DNA of 64,000 bases. Origin: Octopus sinensis (taxonomy: Eukaryota). Made by a program: the position numbers and the translations under genes. The stretch lies in NCBI RefSeq assembly GCF_006345805.1, contig NC_043013.1:21576001-21640000 (forward strand). The letters run 5' to 3'. Of this stretch, positions 1 to 11,972 are shown piece after piece. Every line of letters begins with the position of its first letter. The first letter of the stretch is position 1. The notes below the pieces were generated by a model. That model did no database searches. It was not told where the DNA came from and was given only the letters and a program-made list of their open reading frames with translations.

Positions 1-238
1 GGGGGGGGAGATATTCTTTAGTTTATAACGATTAACGGATATCATAACTAAGATATTTGAAAAACCCGCTTATAAAATAAAAAAAAAATGCTTGGAATTC
101 ATGATTAAATGGAATATTTCTTCCTTATAAAATATCTACCCTTTTGATTTGCCATTTATTATTGTAAGACCGGTTTCATGTGAATGCATCGCTTACTTTA
201 TGATAGGAAATGAAAGTGATTCTATTAATCGCCATCAT

Positions 239-458
239 ATTGGTTTCAAATTTTCATACAGGGCCAGCAATTTCGGGGACAATGGGCGGATCGATTGCAT
301 CGATCCCAGTGTTCAACTGGTACTTAGTTTATCGACTCCGGAAGGATGAGAGGCAAAGTGGACCACGGCAGAATTTGAACTCAGAACGTAAGAACGGATG
401 AAATGCTGCTAAGCATTTTGCCTGGGGCGCTAACCATTCTGCCAGCCCATCGCTCCCT
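239..458 (-). mobile_element. tRNA-derived SINE, family A, monomer
   Basis: The minus strand has an A-box-like TGGCAGAATGGTTAGC and a B-box GAGTTCAAATTC. A 16-bp TSD TATTAATCGCCATCAT lies at 223-238 and 459-474. Confidence 0.9.
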
Positions 459-638
459 TATTAATCGCCATCATGTTAGTCACCTGAAGGATTATAACCA
501 GTGTTGCCAACTTAAAATCATAATTTTATGCTAAACTTCAGTAGAAAAAATACCCCCAAAAATGCTAAATAAAAAAAAAAATGCTAAAGACTAATTATAT
601 CAAAAATGTTAATTTTTATCTACTTTCTTTAATTATAT

Positions 639-2614
639 TCAGCATTGAGAAATAATTTCTTGAATTTCACTGATTTGATTATTTTCAGCTGCAGTGCTTA
701 GGTCTCGACTTCTGTATACATTCAAGGCCCCAATCTTGTTAATTATATGTTTTGGAATATTGAAGTTTTTGTAACATTTGCCATATCTTTTCAGGCCATA
801 TTTTATAGACGGTGTTGATCTAAGCATAGGAAGATGCATTTTGTATCTCAATTTTGATTTGATTACACCCATACTATTGAACAACCGTTCAACTTCTGTA
901 TTTGAGTTTGTCAAAGTCAATAGATTAATGGCAAAATTTGCAGCATCTCTAAAAGGATTTCCTCCAGTAGCATCTTTATATTCCAAAACTTCCAGCCAGA
1001 ATTCCTCAGTATTAGATATATTTGTCCATTCAACTAAATGAATGCTATTAAACTGAATTTCAATTGAAGCAATTTTTTCTTCATTTAAATGCACTGCTTC
1101 TAAAACAGGTAAAATTGGCTCTTTGAAATGCTGCAAAATATTCTGTACAGAAAAACATTTGATATTCTGCAGTATATTAATATTCTCTGGCCAACGGTGC
1201 TTGAGCTCTTTATAAAGGCAGAGTAAAAATTGTGTTCTTTTGCGAATATTATTTTCTTCGGTGGCTGTTACAATCTTCTTGATAATCATTTCTGCTATAT
1301 TTCTCTCGAACCTGTAGCCTAAATTTGGTTTAAGATTTACAAATTTTTCAATAGAAGCATCAGGATCAAATTGATCAATTCTACATGTTAGCAACACTAT
1401 CATATTAGCAACAGATTTGATCAAACTTGAAAGATCTTCAAGTAATTTTGTTTTGTCGACAGTGTTTGATTCAAACAGTTTAGTCACTTCCTGAACATGT
1501 TTTAAAATTGGATGCAAAAATGAAAGGTAAAGTTCATTCTTAGAATCACAAAACATTTCATGTAACGTTTGTGCTGTAAAGCATTTTTCTTTTGTAGTTA
1601 TAGTTTAGAAGTGAGTTTGCAATTCAAACCATTGGCTTAAAGTTCTATTTACAACTGGTTCTATTGACAGCCACCTAGTTGTACAAGAATTCACAATCTT
1701 CAAAGGCTCTTTATTATTGATAGCAAGGTAAAGTTGTTTGTAAGCACTTTCTCTTGTTGAAGAATGAGAAGACCATTTATAGGTTTCGGATACTAAAAAT
1801 TCTAAATTTATGGGCAGGCATTCAGCGTAAGTGTGGGATACAGCTAACTGTAAAGAATGACATACACATCTAAACAGAAGTAATGATGGAACTTCTTTTA
1901 ATTTCTGGAAAGCATTATTATAGCATTGTTGGTTCCTTTAGCCAGTAAATATTTTAAATCAAATTTCTTTTTTGCTAATTCAATTTTTAAGGCATCTACA
2001 ATGCCATCTGCATCACATGTTTCTAAAGATACCATCCTGAGATATGTATGTACCACTTTTTTTGTGAGTATCACTGTAATATATGATAACAATTCCTAAC
2101 AATTTGTTTATAGATATATCATTTGGATTCAGCTAATAACTGGCTAAATGTTATATCTTCTATATCAGAAATCAAATCTACTTCAAGATATGGAGCTAGA
2201 ACATTTCTCACAGTATTTGCACATTTTGTACGAGGCATCTTCACTTTGGACATAATATCACTATCAGACATATAATTCTTACCTAACTCGATTAAGTAAT
2301 CACAGTTTATTAAATAATGAGTGGCAACAAAGAAACATTGCTAAATTTGCTTCAAGCATAGATGTCTTATCATTTTTGATTTTAATAAAATAGGTAAGAG
2401 GAATCATTTGCTGTGGAGTTGATGCCTTATGCTTCTTTGCTTCACAGTGGCTTACTAAAAGAGAATATTTTGCCAACATATTATATCTACAATATCTGCA
2501 ATATGCTTTAGATTGATCACTAGGTACTTCATACAACCACTTCGTAAACGTTGACATCTTCAGCTATTCCTTTCGGATTTTTTGCTGGTACAGCTTTGTA
2601 TTTTCTTTGCTCAT
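639..2614 (-). pseudogene. hAT transposase pseudogene (frameshifts and stops)
   Basis: N-terminal zinc finger YCRYC...HCEAKKH; GTNNA (decayed catalytic D, GTDNA); RCVCH (CxxH); TRWLS; and C-terminal dimerisation motif SNTEVERLF in ORF 639-1556. Confidence 0.88.
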
Positions 2615-3001
2615 TATAATGTAGTGGGAAGCAAGAAAATAATTTGAATGAATAAAAATATAAAATTGAAAACACAACTTATCAGTCTGCCGCTAACAAT
2701 TCTTTCATTTGCCATTTGCTGCTTACAAATTCTTGAGGTGAAGAATACAGGGTGGCCAACTTATAAATGGAAAAGTAATATCTACAGAAATCCTAGAATT
2801 GTGTTCTGATATAAACCTGGGAGCATCATATTTTGCTTCTAATCTTACATTAATATCTTTTGGTAAAACCACAAATATAACTACAATACTTGAAACAAAA
2901 AGTAAGTAGAAATATATAGGGGGAGACCCGCCACCCCCGTACTTCTACACAAGATATATAATCCAGAATAAGCATGAAAAAACACAGGTCTATTTTAAAA
3001 C

Positions 3002-3125
3002 AGAGTGGTTGTATACTATCAACTTAACGTGACAGTCCTGTAAGGGAACTTCACCACCGTTAAACAGCGGTGGTGAAGTTCCCTTACAGGACTGTCACGT
3101 TAAGTTGACAGTATACAACCACTCT
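3002..3125. repeat. Near-perfect palindrome, 58-bp arms, 8-nt loop
   Basis: 3002-3059 is the reverse complement of 3068-3125 with one mismatch (3018/3109). Confidence 0.95.
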
Positions 3126-3718
3126 ATCGCCCCACCACCGTACATATCTCTATGAGATATTTAGAAATTTAATATTCCTATTTTAAAACAGTCAAACTGA
3201 AAGTAAATCAGTCAACCTGCCATGATAATAACTCATCACTACAGAATAAAGCATTGTTAGGACGAATTTCCATGCTTTCATTCTTTACAACATATTTACC
3301 TTATTGTGTAGTGGGTTCAGGTGCTGGCATGAGTTAACTTTTCCCCCTAGCCGATAGTATTAAAATTTGGCTAAGTAACTTTTAGGAAAGTAGAAAAGGA
3401 GGAAGAAGAAGAAGAAAAAAGGGTAACTATTGTGGAAATGTCATGTTCAGAGAAAAATGCTAAAAAATGTTGAATAAAATTTTGAACCTGCTATTTTCCC
3501 TGCTAAATGCTGGATTCAAAACTTTTCTGCTAAATGCTGAAAAAAAATATTAGATTTACCATAAAATATGCTAAGTTGGCATTTAAAAGCTGACCGTATT
3601 TTTGTGTATTAAATAAATTATAGGTTATGCAAGAAAATCAAAATGTTCAAAATATCGAATTCAATTATTGAAAATCATTTTCAGAATTTGTTATACTTTA
3701 GTTATTTTAGTTTGTTTT

Positions 3719-3774
<56 letters not shown>

Positions 3775-3786
3775 TAATATTCTGCG

Positions 3787-3984
3787 GACAGCGGGTGGTG
3801 AGCTGGTAGAGTTGTTAGCACACCGGGTAAAATACTTAGCGGCATTTCGTCCGTTTTTGTGCTCTGATTTGAAATTCCTCCGAGGTCGACTTTGCCTTTC
3901 ATCCTTTCGGAGTCGATTAAATAAGTACCAGTTACGCACTGGGGTCGATGTAATCCACTTAGTCCCTACACCGAACTTGCTGGC

Positions 3985-3985
<1 letters not shown>
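3787..3985 (+). mobile_element. SINE family A monomer
   Basis: Same A/B-box head and GTCGAC...GGTCGAT...AAGTACCAGTT body as the other copies; lies between (TTTC)n and (TATC)n/(CT)n/(TA)n tracts. Confidence 0.85.
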
Positions 3986-4058
<73 letters not shown>

Positions 4059-4062
4059 CTCA

Positions 4063-4109
<47 letters not shown>

Positions 4110-4129
4110 ATATATATATATATATAAAA

Positions 4130-4725
4130 GGAAGAAAAAGTGCGAAAAGGATGGGTAGCATCTTTTTCTGTTATTTATTTTTTACATGGATACTTACCAT
4201 CGGCTGCACCTCTCTTTCGCGGATCAAAGTGACTTTGCATTGATGTGAAATCCTTAAAAAATATACCACGACGTCTACACATTTCTCACCTTGAACTTTC
4301 AACCTTGAACTTTCAACCTTGAACTTGTTCGCATAAACTGTCCCGTTTGTTGTATTTTTATTTTCTCTTATATTCTACTGCACGCATTTTTTTCTCTCCT
4401 TTCTGTGTTTTTCTCTCTCTGTGTATCTTTCTGTTGAAGAGCGTAGGCTCGAAACGTTAAGAGACTTGTTTTATTATATTTCCTGAGCGCCATACTAATA
4501 CAATTGTTCGTTTGTTTTCCACCTGCCTTCGTCTTTTGTTATTTTCATAAAGCTTCCCGTTATATATATATATTATATATATATTATATATATATATATA
4601 TACATACCTATTTATATGTATATATATGTATATAATTCAAATTTACAGAAAACAAAAGACGAAGACAGGTGTATGACCAACAAACAGGTGTATTAGTTTG
4701 ACGCTCGGGAATGTGAGGATGTCTT
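4130..4725 (+). mobile_element. Penelope-type terminal repeat (family H) followed by an inverted partial copy at about 4625-4725
   Basis: Contains GAAGAGCGTAGGCTCGAAACG, also at 12490. Its 3' part recurs in inverted orientation across a (TA)n tract. Inverted terminal-repeat arrangements are typical of Penelope-like elements. Confidence 0.55.
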
Positions 4726-4790
4726 ATATATACATACATACATACACACCTATATATATATACACACACACATACATATCTATCTATCTT

Positions 4791-4824
<34 letters not shown>

Positions 4825-5384
4825 CGGCGATGCAAATTTGCCAACTCACCAAACTCACAGGCCTTCAGAGCACTCCGTAACCGCTACCAATTAATAATAG
4901 GCGCAGGTAAACGACATGGACCGCATCCATATGTGTATGTGTGTGTGTGTGTCTGTGTCTGTGTCTGCGTCTGTGCGTGTGTGTGTCTGTGTGTAGAGCC
5001 GCTGAAATGCAGAGAGAAAGAAGGAAGGAATTAAAAAAACATAAGAAGCATTTTCAGTTCTCTTGCTAGTTCTCCTTCAGCCAGAGTGTAGGTGTGTCTT
5101 ACCTCTTCTCCGCCCCTTCCTTGAAATACTCCACCAATAAAATCTCTCCTTTCTACTACACCTTGTTCATATATTATAATCTCGACTCTCTTCTCTCTAT
5201 TTTTATCCCTCCTACTCCTTCTACAGTTTACCGCTCTTCGCTTATATTTTGCCGCACAAACCTTTATTTTCCCGCCGTATTATCTCAACCCTCCATTTTC
5301 GCCCCCCCCCCTTCTCTATTTTTTATTTGCTCTCCTATCACCTTTCACCCTTACCCTTTCTCTTCTCCCTTTCACCTCTCTCTT

Positions 5385-5822
5385 TTTATCTTATACTTGT
5401 TTCAGTCATTAGACAGCGGCCATGCTCGGGCACTGTCTTGAAGAATTTTTAGACAAACGAATCTTTTTTTCTTTTTTTTCAGCCTGGTACTTATTCTAAC
5501 AGTAACGTTTTGCCGAACCGCTAAGCTGCGAGGATGTAAACAAACTAGCGCCAGTTTTCAAACGCTAGGGGGTGACAAACACAGACACAAAGACACACAC
5601 AAACATACATTTTTATTGATATTTAACAGAAGGAACAGAGGGACTCAAGGTGCGAGATTTTCGTGCGTTAGCATCAACATACCTTCTTTTAACTTCCATC
5701 AAACAAATCCACTCACTAGGCTTTGGTCAGTCAGAGTCTACAGTAGGTGCCGCGCAGTGAGACTGGACCCAGGACCATGTGATTGGCAAGCTAGCTTCTT
5801 ATCATATAGCCACGTCTGTGCC
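5385..5822 (-). mobile_element. SINE family B, fragmented
   Basis: Reverse complement of the family B head (5695-5822) and tail (5385-5590) seen intact at 37365 and 44448. Confidence 0.75.
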
Positions 5823-6512
5823 TTTATATCAATTTAAAATGTCGAAATGGGATTGAGTGATATTCATTCCTTTCTCTATGACTTTAAAATCACGTTAAAC
5901 ACGTGTGTGTAGAATGCTGAAAAGTGACAGCCGAGTTGATACGTGTAAGGAAAATAAGACAAAATAGAAAATGTTGAAATAATTTTATCATGAAATACAT
6001 TTTGTAATGGCTTCTGAACCGGTTTCTGTCTTTTCGAATGTTTCAACTAAGAGTAAAACAAAAGTGGATATTAATTAAGAAGAAAAACAATTAATTTGAA
6101 AAAAAAATTAAATAAAATGTTTTGTGAATATTGTTGTTGATTTTGTTGTCATTGTAGTTATAATTGGTGTTATTGTCGTTTTGTTGTTGTTGTTGCTTAC
6201 GATGTTGTTGCTATTACTGCTTTTGTTGATAAGGCACAGATACGTCCTGACCAAGCAAACGTCTGGCTTCACTATCCTAGGTGCCTTTTTACTATAAAGG
6301 ACAGTAGGGTGTAATTCGAGATAATTCAGCTTCTGTTTCTAGCAGACCGACAATTCAGCTGATCAGGCGCTCCCTTTACTGCTGAATAACAGGAGTAACC
6401 AACCAGCGGATCGCGGCCCAGCACCGGACCAATACCGGGCCACGCCAAAAAGCTTGCTTTTACAAGTATATTTCTGTTTTATTGACTGTAGTAGTCTGCA
6501 AGGTATGTTTGC

Positions 6513-6544
<32 letters not shown>

Positions 6545-6545
<1 letters not shown>

Positions 6546-6880
6546 TGAAGACTTCCTTCGGTCATTAATGACCTTGGGATTGCACCCAGAAAATTCTCCA
6601 CCGAAGTATAAGTCCGGGCAAGTTTGTTTATGGAAGACCAGCGGTCGCCCCCCCCCCCCCCCACCATGCATACCAGTCTCTCCAATTCACACACCACCGA
6701 TGTTGTCCAAGGGCAAGGCAAAGGCCGATACGGCTTGGTACCAGTTACATCGCAACTCATTTCTGGAGCAACGTGCAATAAAGTGTCTTGCTCAAGAACA
6801 CAACAACACACAGCCCGGTCTGGGAACTCACTACTTCATAGTTATGAGCCCAACGCTCTTACGGAGCCATGCGCCTTCAC
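6545..6880 (-). mobile_element. tRNA-derived SINE, head type E
   Basis: Minus strand has a tRNA-like head followed by TGTGTTCTTGAGCAAGACACTTT; the same head occurs at 46730-46874. Confidence 0.7.
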
Positions 6881-6893
6881 ACACGCACACATG

Positions 6894-6965
<72 letters not shown>

Positions 6966-7085
6966 TATAATATAAATGAATATTTTCAAAGAGGAAGAAT
7001 TACGGATTTTTTCTCTTACGAGGTTTTTCACGCTGACTACTGATATTTTCTTTTAAAGATTTTATCCTCAATTGTTAATATATAT

Positions 7086-7153
<68 letters not shown>

Positions 7154-7409
7154 ATATATATTATATATATTATATATATATATATATAATATATATATAA
7201 TATATATATATCTATATATATATATATATGTATATGTGTGTGTATATATATATTATTTTATTTGTTAGAGAATAAAATTCCGGCATCACAGGGGTTCAAA
7301 TTATTATCAATGAGGAAATATATATTTTTTGTATTTAGAGATAGTAGTCCCCTTCATCCCACCATATAAAATAATTTTAATTTAATTTAATACTTACTAC
7401 TCATATCTT

Positions 7410-7505
7410 GGCTACACGTGTTTTCTTGAGGTTCATGTTCCGGTTCCTTAACCACGCCGTGTTTTGCTGGAACCTTTCTTAATATGTAACCCCAATCATC
7501 AGGCC
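7410..7505 (-). ncRNA. Type I hammerhead ribozyme fold, probably in a Penelope-like terminal repeat
   Basis: Minus strand: GGC-CTGATGA-TTGGGGTT...AACCTCAA-GAAAA-CACGTGTA-GCC. Helix I GGC/GCC, core CUGAUGA, 8-bp helix II, palindromic helix III ACACGUGU, GUA cleavage triplet. Departures from consensus: one extra A after GAAA and a U-A closing pair on helix II. Confidence 0.65.
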
Positions 7506-7809
7506 TCTACATCACTTTATCATAGTTTGATACTAAAAACTATATTTTAATTCTAAATATATAAGTATGTGTATGTGTAAATAGGTTCGCCGGACCTTAC
7601 TGTGCAAGCCATAATTTAATTCAAATAAAAAATAACAAATAAAATAAAATAAAAAATAAAAATTAAAAATACGAATAAAACTATGTTCACACGTAACTTA
7701 TGTCTATAAACATTCATATAAAATTAATAATAATTCATATAAAATTAATAATATATAGGGATAAAAAAATAAAATATATACTTGTGATGATATAAAATGA
7801 AAGCAATGT

Positions 7810-8130
7810 TTTCAGAGGGGAATTATTCAAACCCCAAAGAATCCCTCTCAACACATGGCTATGTGTAGAGTTAATGTGTGAGATCGGTCGAACTCAACAC
7901 ATGGTTATGTGTAGAGTTGCTCCTCTACTTCTTCTGCTCGTGATCAGATGCACATATCGTTAGCCACTAAGGGGCATGTTCAAAAGCTTAAGGTCAAACA
8001 ATTGACAAGCAAATCTGTGGTATTGAGCAGTATATTTGCTGTAGAACAAGACAGAACATGTACATAATAACACTTCCAATCAGTTGAGATCAGAAGCCAT
8101 GAGAGACCCTACCTGGTATTGCATCAGAGA
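7810..8130 (+). mobile_element. Interspersed repeat family F (SINE-like)
   Basis: Homologous to the inverted copies at 52195-52655 and 54258-54745. Confidence 0.75.
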
Positions 8131-8146
8131 ATTTTATTGTTATTAT

Positions 8147-8362
8147 TAAGGAACTGGCATAATAGTTAGCACGCTGGACGAAATGCTTAGTAGTATTTCG
8201 CCCATTGCTCCGTACTGAGTTAAAATTCCACTGAGGGTGACTTTGCCCTTCATCTTTTCGATATCAATAAATTAAGTACCAGTGAAACACTGTGGTCGAT
8301 GTAATCCTCTTAAACCTTTCCCTCAATTTTCGAGCCTTGTACCTACAACAGAAAGGATTATT
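8147..8362 (+). mobile_element. SINE family A monomer
   Basis: Family A head and body; ends in an (ATT)n tail. Confidence 0.85.
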
Positions 8363-8619
8363 ATTATTTGTAGTATTAGTATTATCGTTGTTGTTGTTTT
8401 TCTTTTGTTTAATTTATGTAGTCTGGAGAACGAAAAACTTGATGCTGCTTCTGGTAATATCACCAAACGATTTTTCAAGAAAATAACCAGTGCGCTTTAA
8501 ACCACTCCCTTAACACGGTATCAGTCATAACTACATACAAAATGAATTTTCTCGCAGTTGTAACAGATGTAGCAAAGCGACCGATCTCACACATTAACTC
8601 TACACGCTTCAAAAAAAAA

Positions 8620-9140
8620 AAAAAAAAAACTTGAGGCTTAACAGATTCCCTACGTCTTCCATCTATCTTCAACAAGATCCACAACGCAAAACACAAAACA
8701 ACCATCACAAGAATATTTGTTTCCTGAAACTATTACATCTTAACCAGACTACTACCATCACTATTCGAAAAGCCTTTCGCAGAGAGGGGTTAGACAGAAC
8801 CCTTCTTTCGGCACTCTAAACGCTACTTACGCTGGAGCCTTGCCAGGAAGCAACTTCCCGAGAACAATACGTGTATGCCAACAGCTACCCTAATCATGAC
8901 ACAAAATTATATCTAGGTCAAAAGTGATAGATGTAGGGATCACTATATTGGCAGTACAATCTGGAAACTCCACGCCCGCACTTCCTCAGATAAGAAGCAC
9001 TTCAACAAATGCCTCGAGAGTGAAGTTGAAATTTTCTTTTTAGCACTTAACCGGAAGATTGGTAACTTGAGAATCAAGGAAACTCTTCTCATAAAAAATA
9101 ACATAAGCCAGACATTAGCAACACAATCGAACTGAATGGT
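8620..9140 (+). pseudogene. Penelope-like element remnant, GIY-YIG endonuclease region
   Basis: Decayed translation IRKAFRREGLD...HYIGSTIWKLHAR...LRIKETLLI matches the PLE linker and GIY-YIG C-terminus. Confidence 0.6.
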
Positions 9141-9814
9141 GCAAACTGTCTTTTCTAACAACCACCCCCTCTCACCCACGTACTTTTTCTCATCTTTCCA
9201 CTAAATTCTGATACAGATTCACCGCATCACTAAAGCATATTTTACTAAACCTAAAAACTTAGTACAATTTGCTATTTATAAATGTTGCTATTCTCCTTCT
9301 CTTAACCTACTAACGAACCATTCCTCAAAATTCAGCTATTGTTCAGTAACCTTTTCCAATAATTCTTAATGCATATGCCCTAACTTATGCCACGTTTACT
9401 AATCTCTTCTATTTTTCATATACATTCACCTTATCACCACGACATACTTTATCACATATAACAGCCTAATACTACCAATCATTTCATTTCTAAACAAAGA
9501 AAACCTGAAAAGAACTCACTACCTTAAAGTTCAGCTATTGTCCACTGACCTTTTTACTATTCCACGCTAACTATTCTTACCAGGACACCTTCTGCTGCTG
9601 CTTCCCACCCCATCTGGTGCACTGATACTACGAATATTACTAACCATAACTGCATAAACACTAATCAAATACTTTTCACAATATTCCAGAATGGGTTCCC
9701 AGGAACAACACTTTTCTCCAAACTCTTGGAATGTTTTTTTTCTTATATTTGATAAGGAGACTCTTTCCCAAAATAGTACAGAAGCATTGAACAACCTATG
9801 TAGGTTGTATAATG

Positions 9815-10437
9815 ATAAGGCGGCCAACTGACAGAGACGTTAGCACGCCGGGCGAAATGCGTGGCCGTATTTCGTCTGCCGTTACGTTCTGAGTTCAAAT
9901 TCCGCCGATGTCGACTTTGCCTTTCATCCTTTCGGGGTCGATAAATTAAGTACCAGTTACGCACTGGGGTCGATGTAATCGACTTAATCCGTTTGTCTGT
10001 CCTTGTTTGTCCTCTTTGTGTTTAGCCCTTTGTGGGTAGTAAATAAATAGGTATTGTATTTCGTCTGCCGTTACGTTCTGAGTTCAAATTCCGCCGAGGT
10101 CGACTTTGCCTTTCATCCTTTCGGGGTCGATAAATTAAGTACCAGTTACGCACTGGGGTCGATGTATCGACTTAATCCGTTGCTGTTGTCTGTCCTTGTT
10201 GTCCTCTTTGTGTTTAGCCCTTTGTGGGTAGTAAATAAATAGGTATTGTATTTCGTCTGCCGTTTACGTTTGAGTTCAAATTCCGCCGAGGTCGAATTGC
10301 CTTTCAAGCACTTTCGAGGTAGATAAATTAAGTACCAGTTACACACTGAGGTCGATGTAATCGACATAATCCGTTTGTCTGTCCTTGTTTGTCCCCTCTG
10401 TGTTTAGCCCCTTGTGGTTTAGTAAAGAAATAGGTTG
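9815..10437 (+). mobile_element. SINE family A trimer (one head, three body/tail units)
   Basis: The unit restarts at TATTTCGTCTGCCG after GTAAATAAATAGG at about 10050 and 10243. Confidence 0.9.
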
Positions 10438-10924
10438 TATAATATCTTGTCTTTGTCTTTATTTATAGACATAACTCTATATATTTTGCCCAAATTCCCA
10501 CTTGCATTGCTGAAAGTCTTTTTTTTAAAACAATTATAAGCTTTGATTTACAATAAAATCTACGCAGTCGATAGCATAAAAACTTAACTATCTTTGGGGT
10601 AATTAATTGCTTTATTGGGGTTTTTAACGATTTCCTGTCTCTAATTTACAACTGACGAGATTTTCAGACATGTTCAGGACCATTAACGAAAAAAAAAACC
10701 CCACTAAATACGATAAAGGAAACGCATTATCTTCTAGAATGCAATGCTATTTGAAGTAATTAGGGTCTTAATTAATGAGTGAGTTCTGCATTTAATGATA
10801 GTTTGTTGTCCAATAAAATTTACCATGTACTCGATACGCATCATTGAGAATTAGCGAGAATGTTATGACATAAGTACGTTACAAAGTGTCGATTGGATGA
10901 CCGCCGGCAGAAAAATTAATAATA

Positions 10925-11140
10925 ATGGCTTCAAATTTTGGCACACGGCCAGCACGTTCACGGGAGGAGGTAAGTCTATTACAAAAACCCCAATACTCAG
11001 CTGGTACTTATTTTATCGACCCCCGAAAGGATAAAAGGCAAAGTTGACCCCGGCGGAATTTAAACTCTGAACGTAAAGACAAATGAAATGCCGCTAAGCA
11101 CTTTGTCCGGTGTGCTAACGGTTCTGCCAGCACATTCGCC

Positions 11141-11207
<67 letters not shown>

Positions 11208-11256
11208 TGATGATGATGATGATGATGATAATAATAATAATAATAAAATAATAATA

Positions 11257-11291
<35 letters not shown>

Positions 11292-11304
11292 AATAATAAT
11301 GATA

Positions 11305-11359
<55 letters not shown>

Positions 11360-11575
11360 CAATAGTTTCAAATTTTGGGTCAAGGCCAGCAGGTTCGGGG
11401 AATGGATGTCGATTACATCAACCCCAATACACAACTGGTACTTATTTTATCGACTCCGAAAGAATGAAAGGCAAAGTCAACCCAGGCGGAATTTAAACTC
11501 AGAATGTAAAGATGGACAAAATGTCCCTAAGCATTTTGACTGGCGTTCTAACGATTCTGCCAGCTCGCTGCCCTA
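10925..11575 (-). mobile_element. Two SINE family A monomers (10925-11142, 11360-11575) separated by (TAA)n/(TGA)n
   Basis: Both match the family A consensus on the minus strand. Confidence 0.85.
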
Positions 11576-11607
11576 AAACTTAGTAATAATATTTTTTTTT
11601 CTTTTAG

Positions 11608-11720
11608 AACAGTGAAACTCGAAGCAGATAAACCTATAAATAGTAGCATGTAAAAATTGGGTTAATAAACCTTCTGGATAGAAAAGGTCGAAGGCTACAT
11701 TTGCTTCGAGTTTCACTGTT
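11608..11720. mobile_element. Small MITE-like element
   Basis: Perfect 19-bp TIR AACAGTGAAACTCGAAGCA (11608-11626 and 11702-11720). The CAGTGAAACTCG start resembles pogo/Tigger TIRs, but a TA TSD is not clear. Confidence 0.6.
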
Positions 11721-11930
11721 ACAAAAAAGAATTATTTCACATTGTTTCGAATTTTCTAAATCCTCATGACATCAACAACACGCGATTCTCACTGATAAGA
11801 ATAAAGTCACTAAAATGCATTTCTTAAATGATTAAACAATGTTTTGAGTACGATGCAGTTTCAAACATATATACATAAAAATAACTGTGTGCGAAAGAAT
11901 TGTATGTACAAGTACACACGTGCACATACG

Positions 11931-11972
<42 letters not shown>

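Larger units (their letters stand above)
499..3581 (-). mobile_element. Decayed hAT-superfamily DNA transposon
   Basis: Left TIR CAGTGTTGCCAACTTA at 499-514; partial inverted match TAAGTTGGCA at 3572-3581. TGCTAAA subterminal repeats occur at both ends, with a transposase pseudogene inside. No 8-bp TSD is recoverable. Confidence 0.75.

Noticed and set aside
4188-4200. ATACTTACC resembling the U1 snRNA 5' end
   Set aside because: No further U1 similarity.
9180-9560. Hammerhead in the 3' region of the Penelope remnant
   Set aside because: Only a decayed CCTGAAAAG...AAAG; no intact core or helices.
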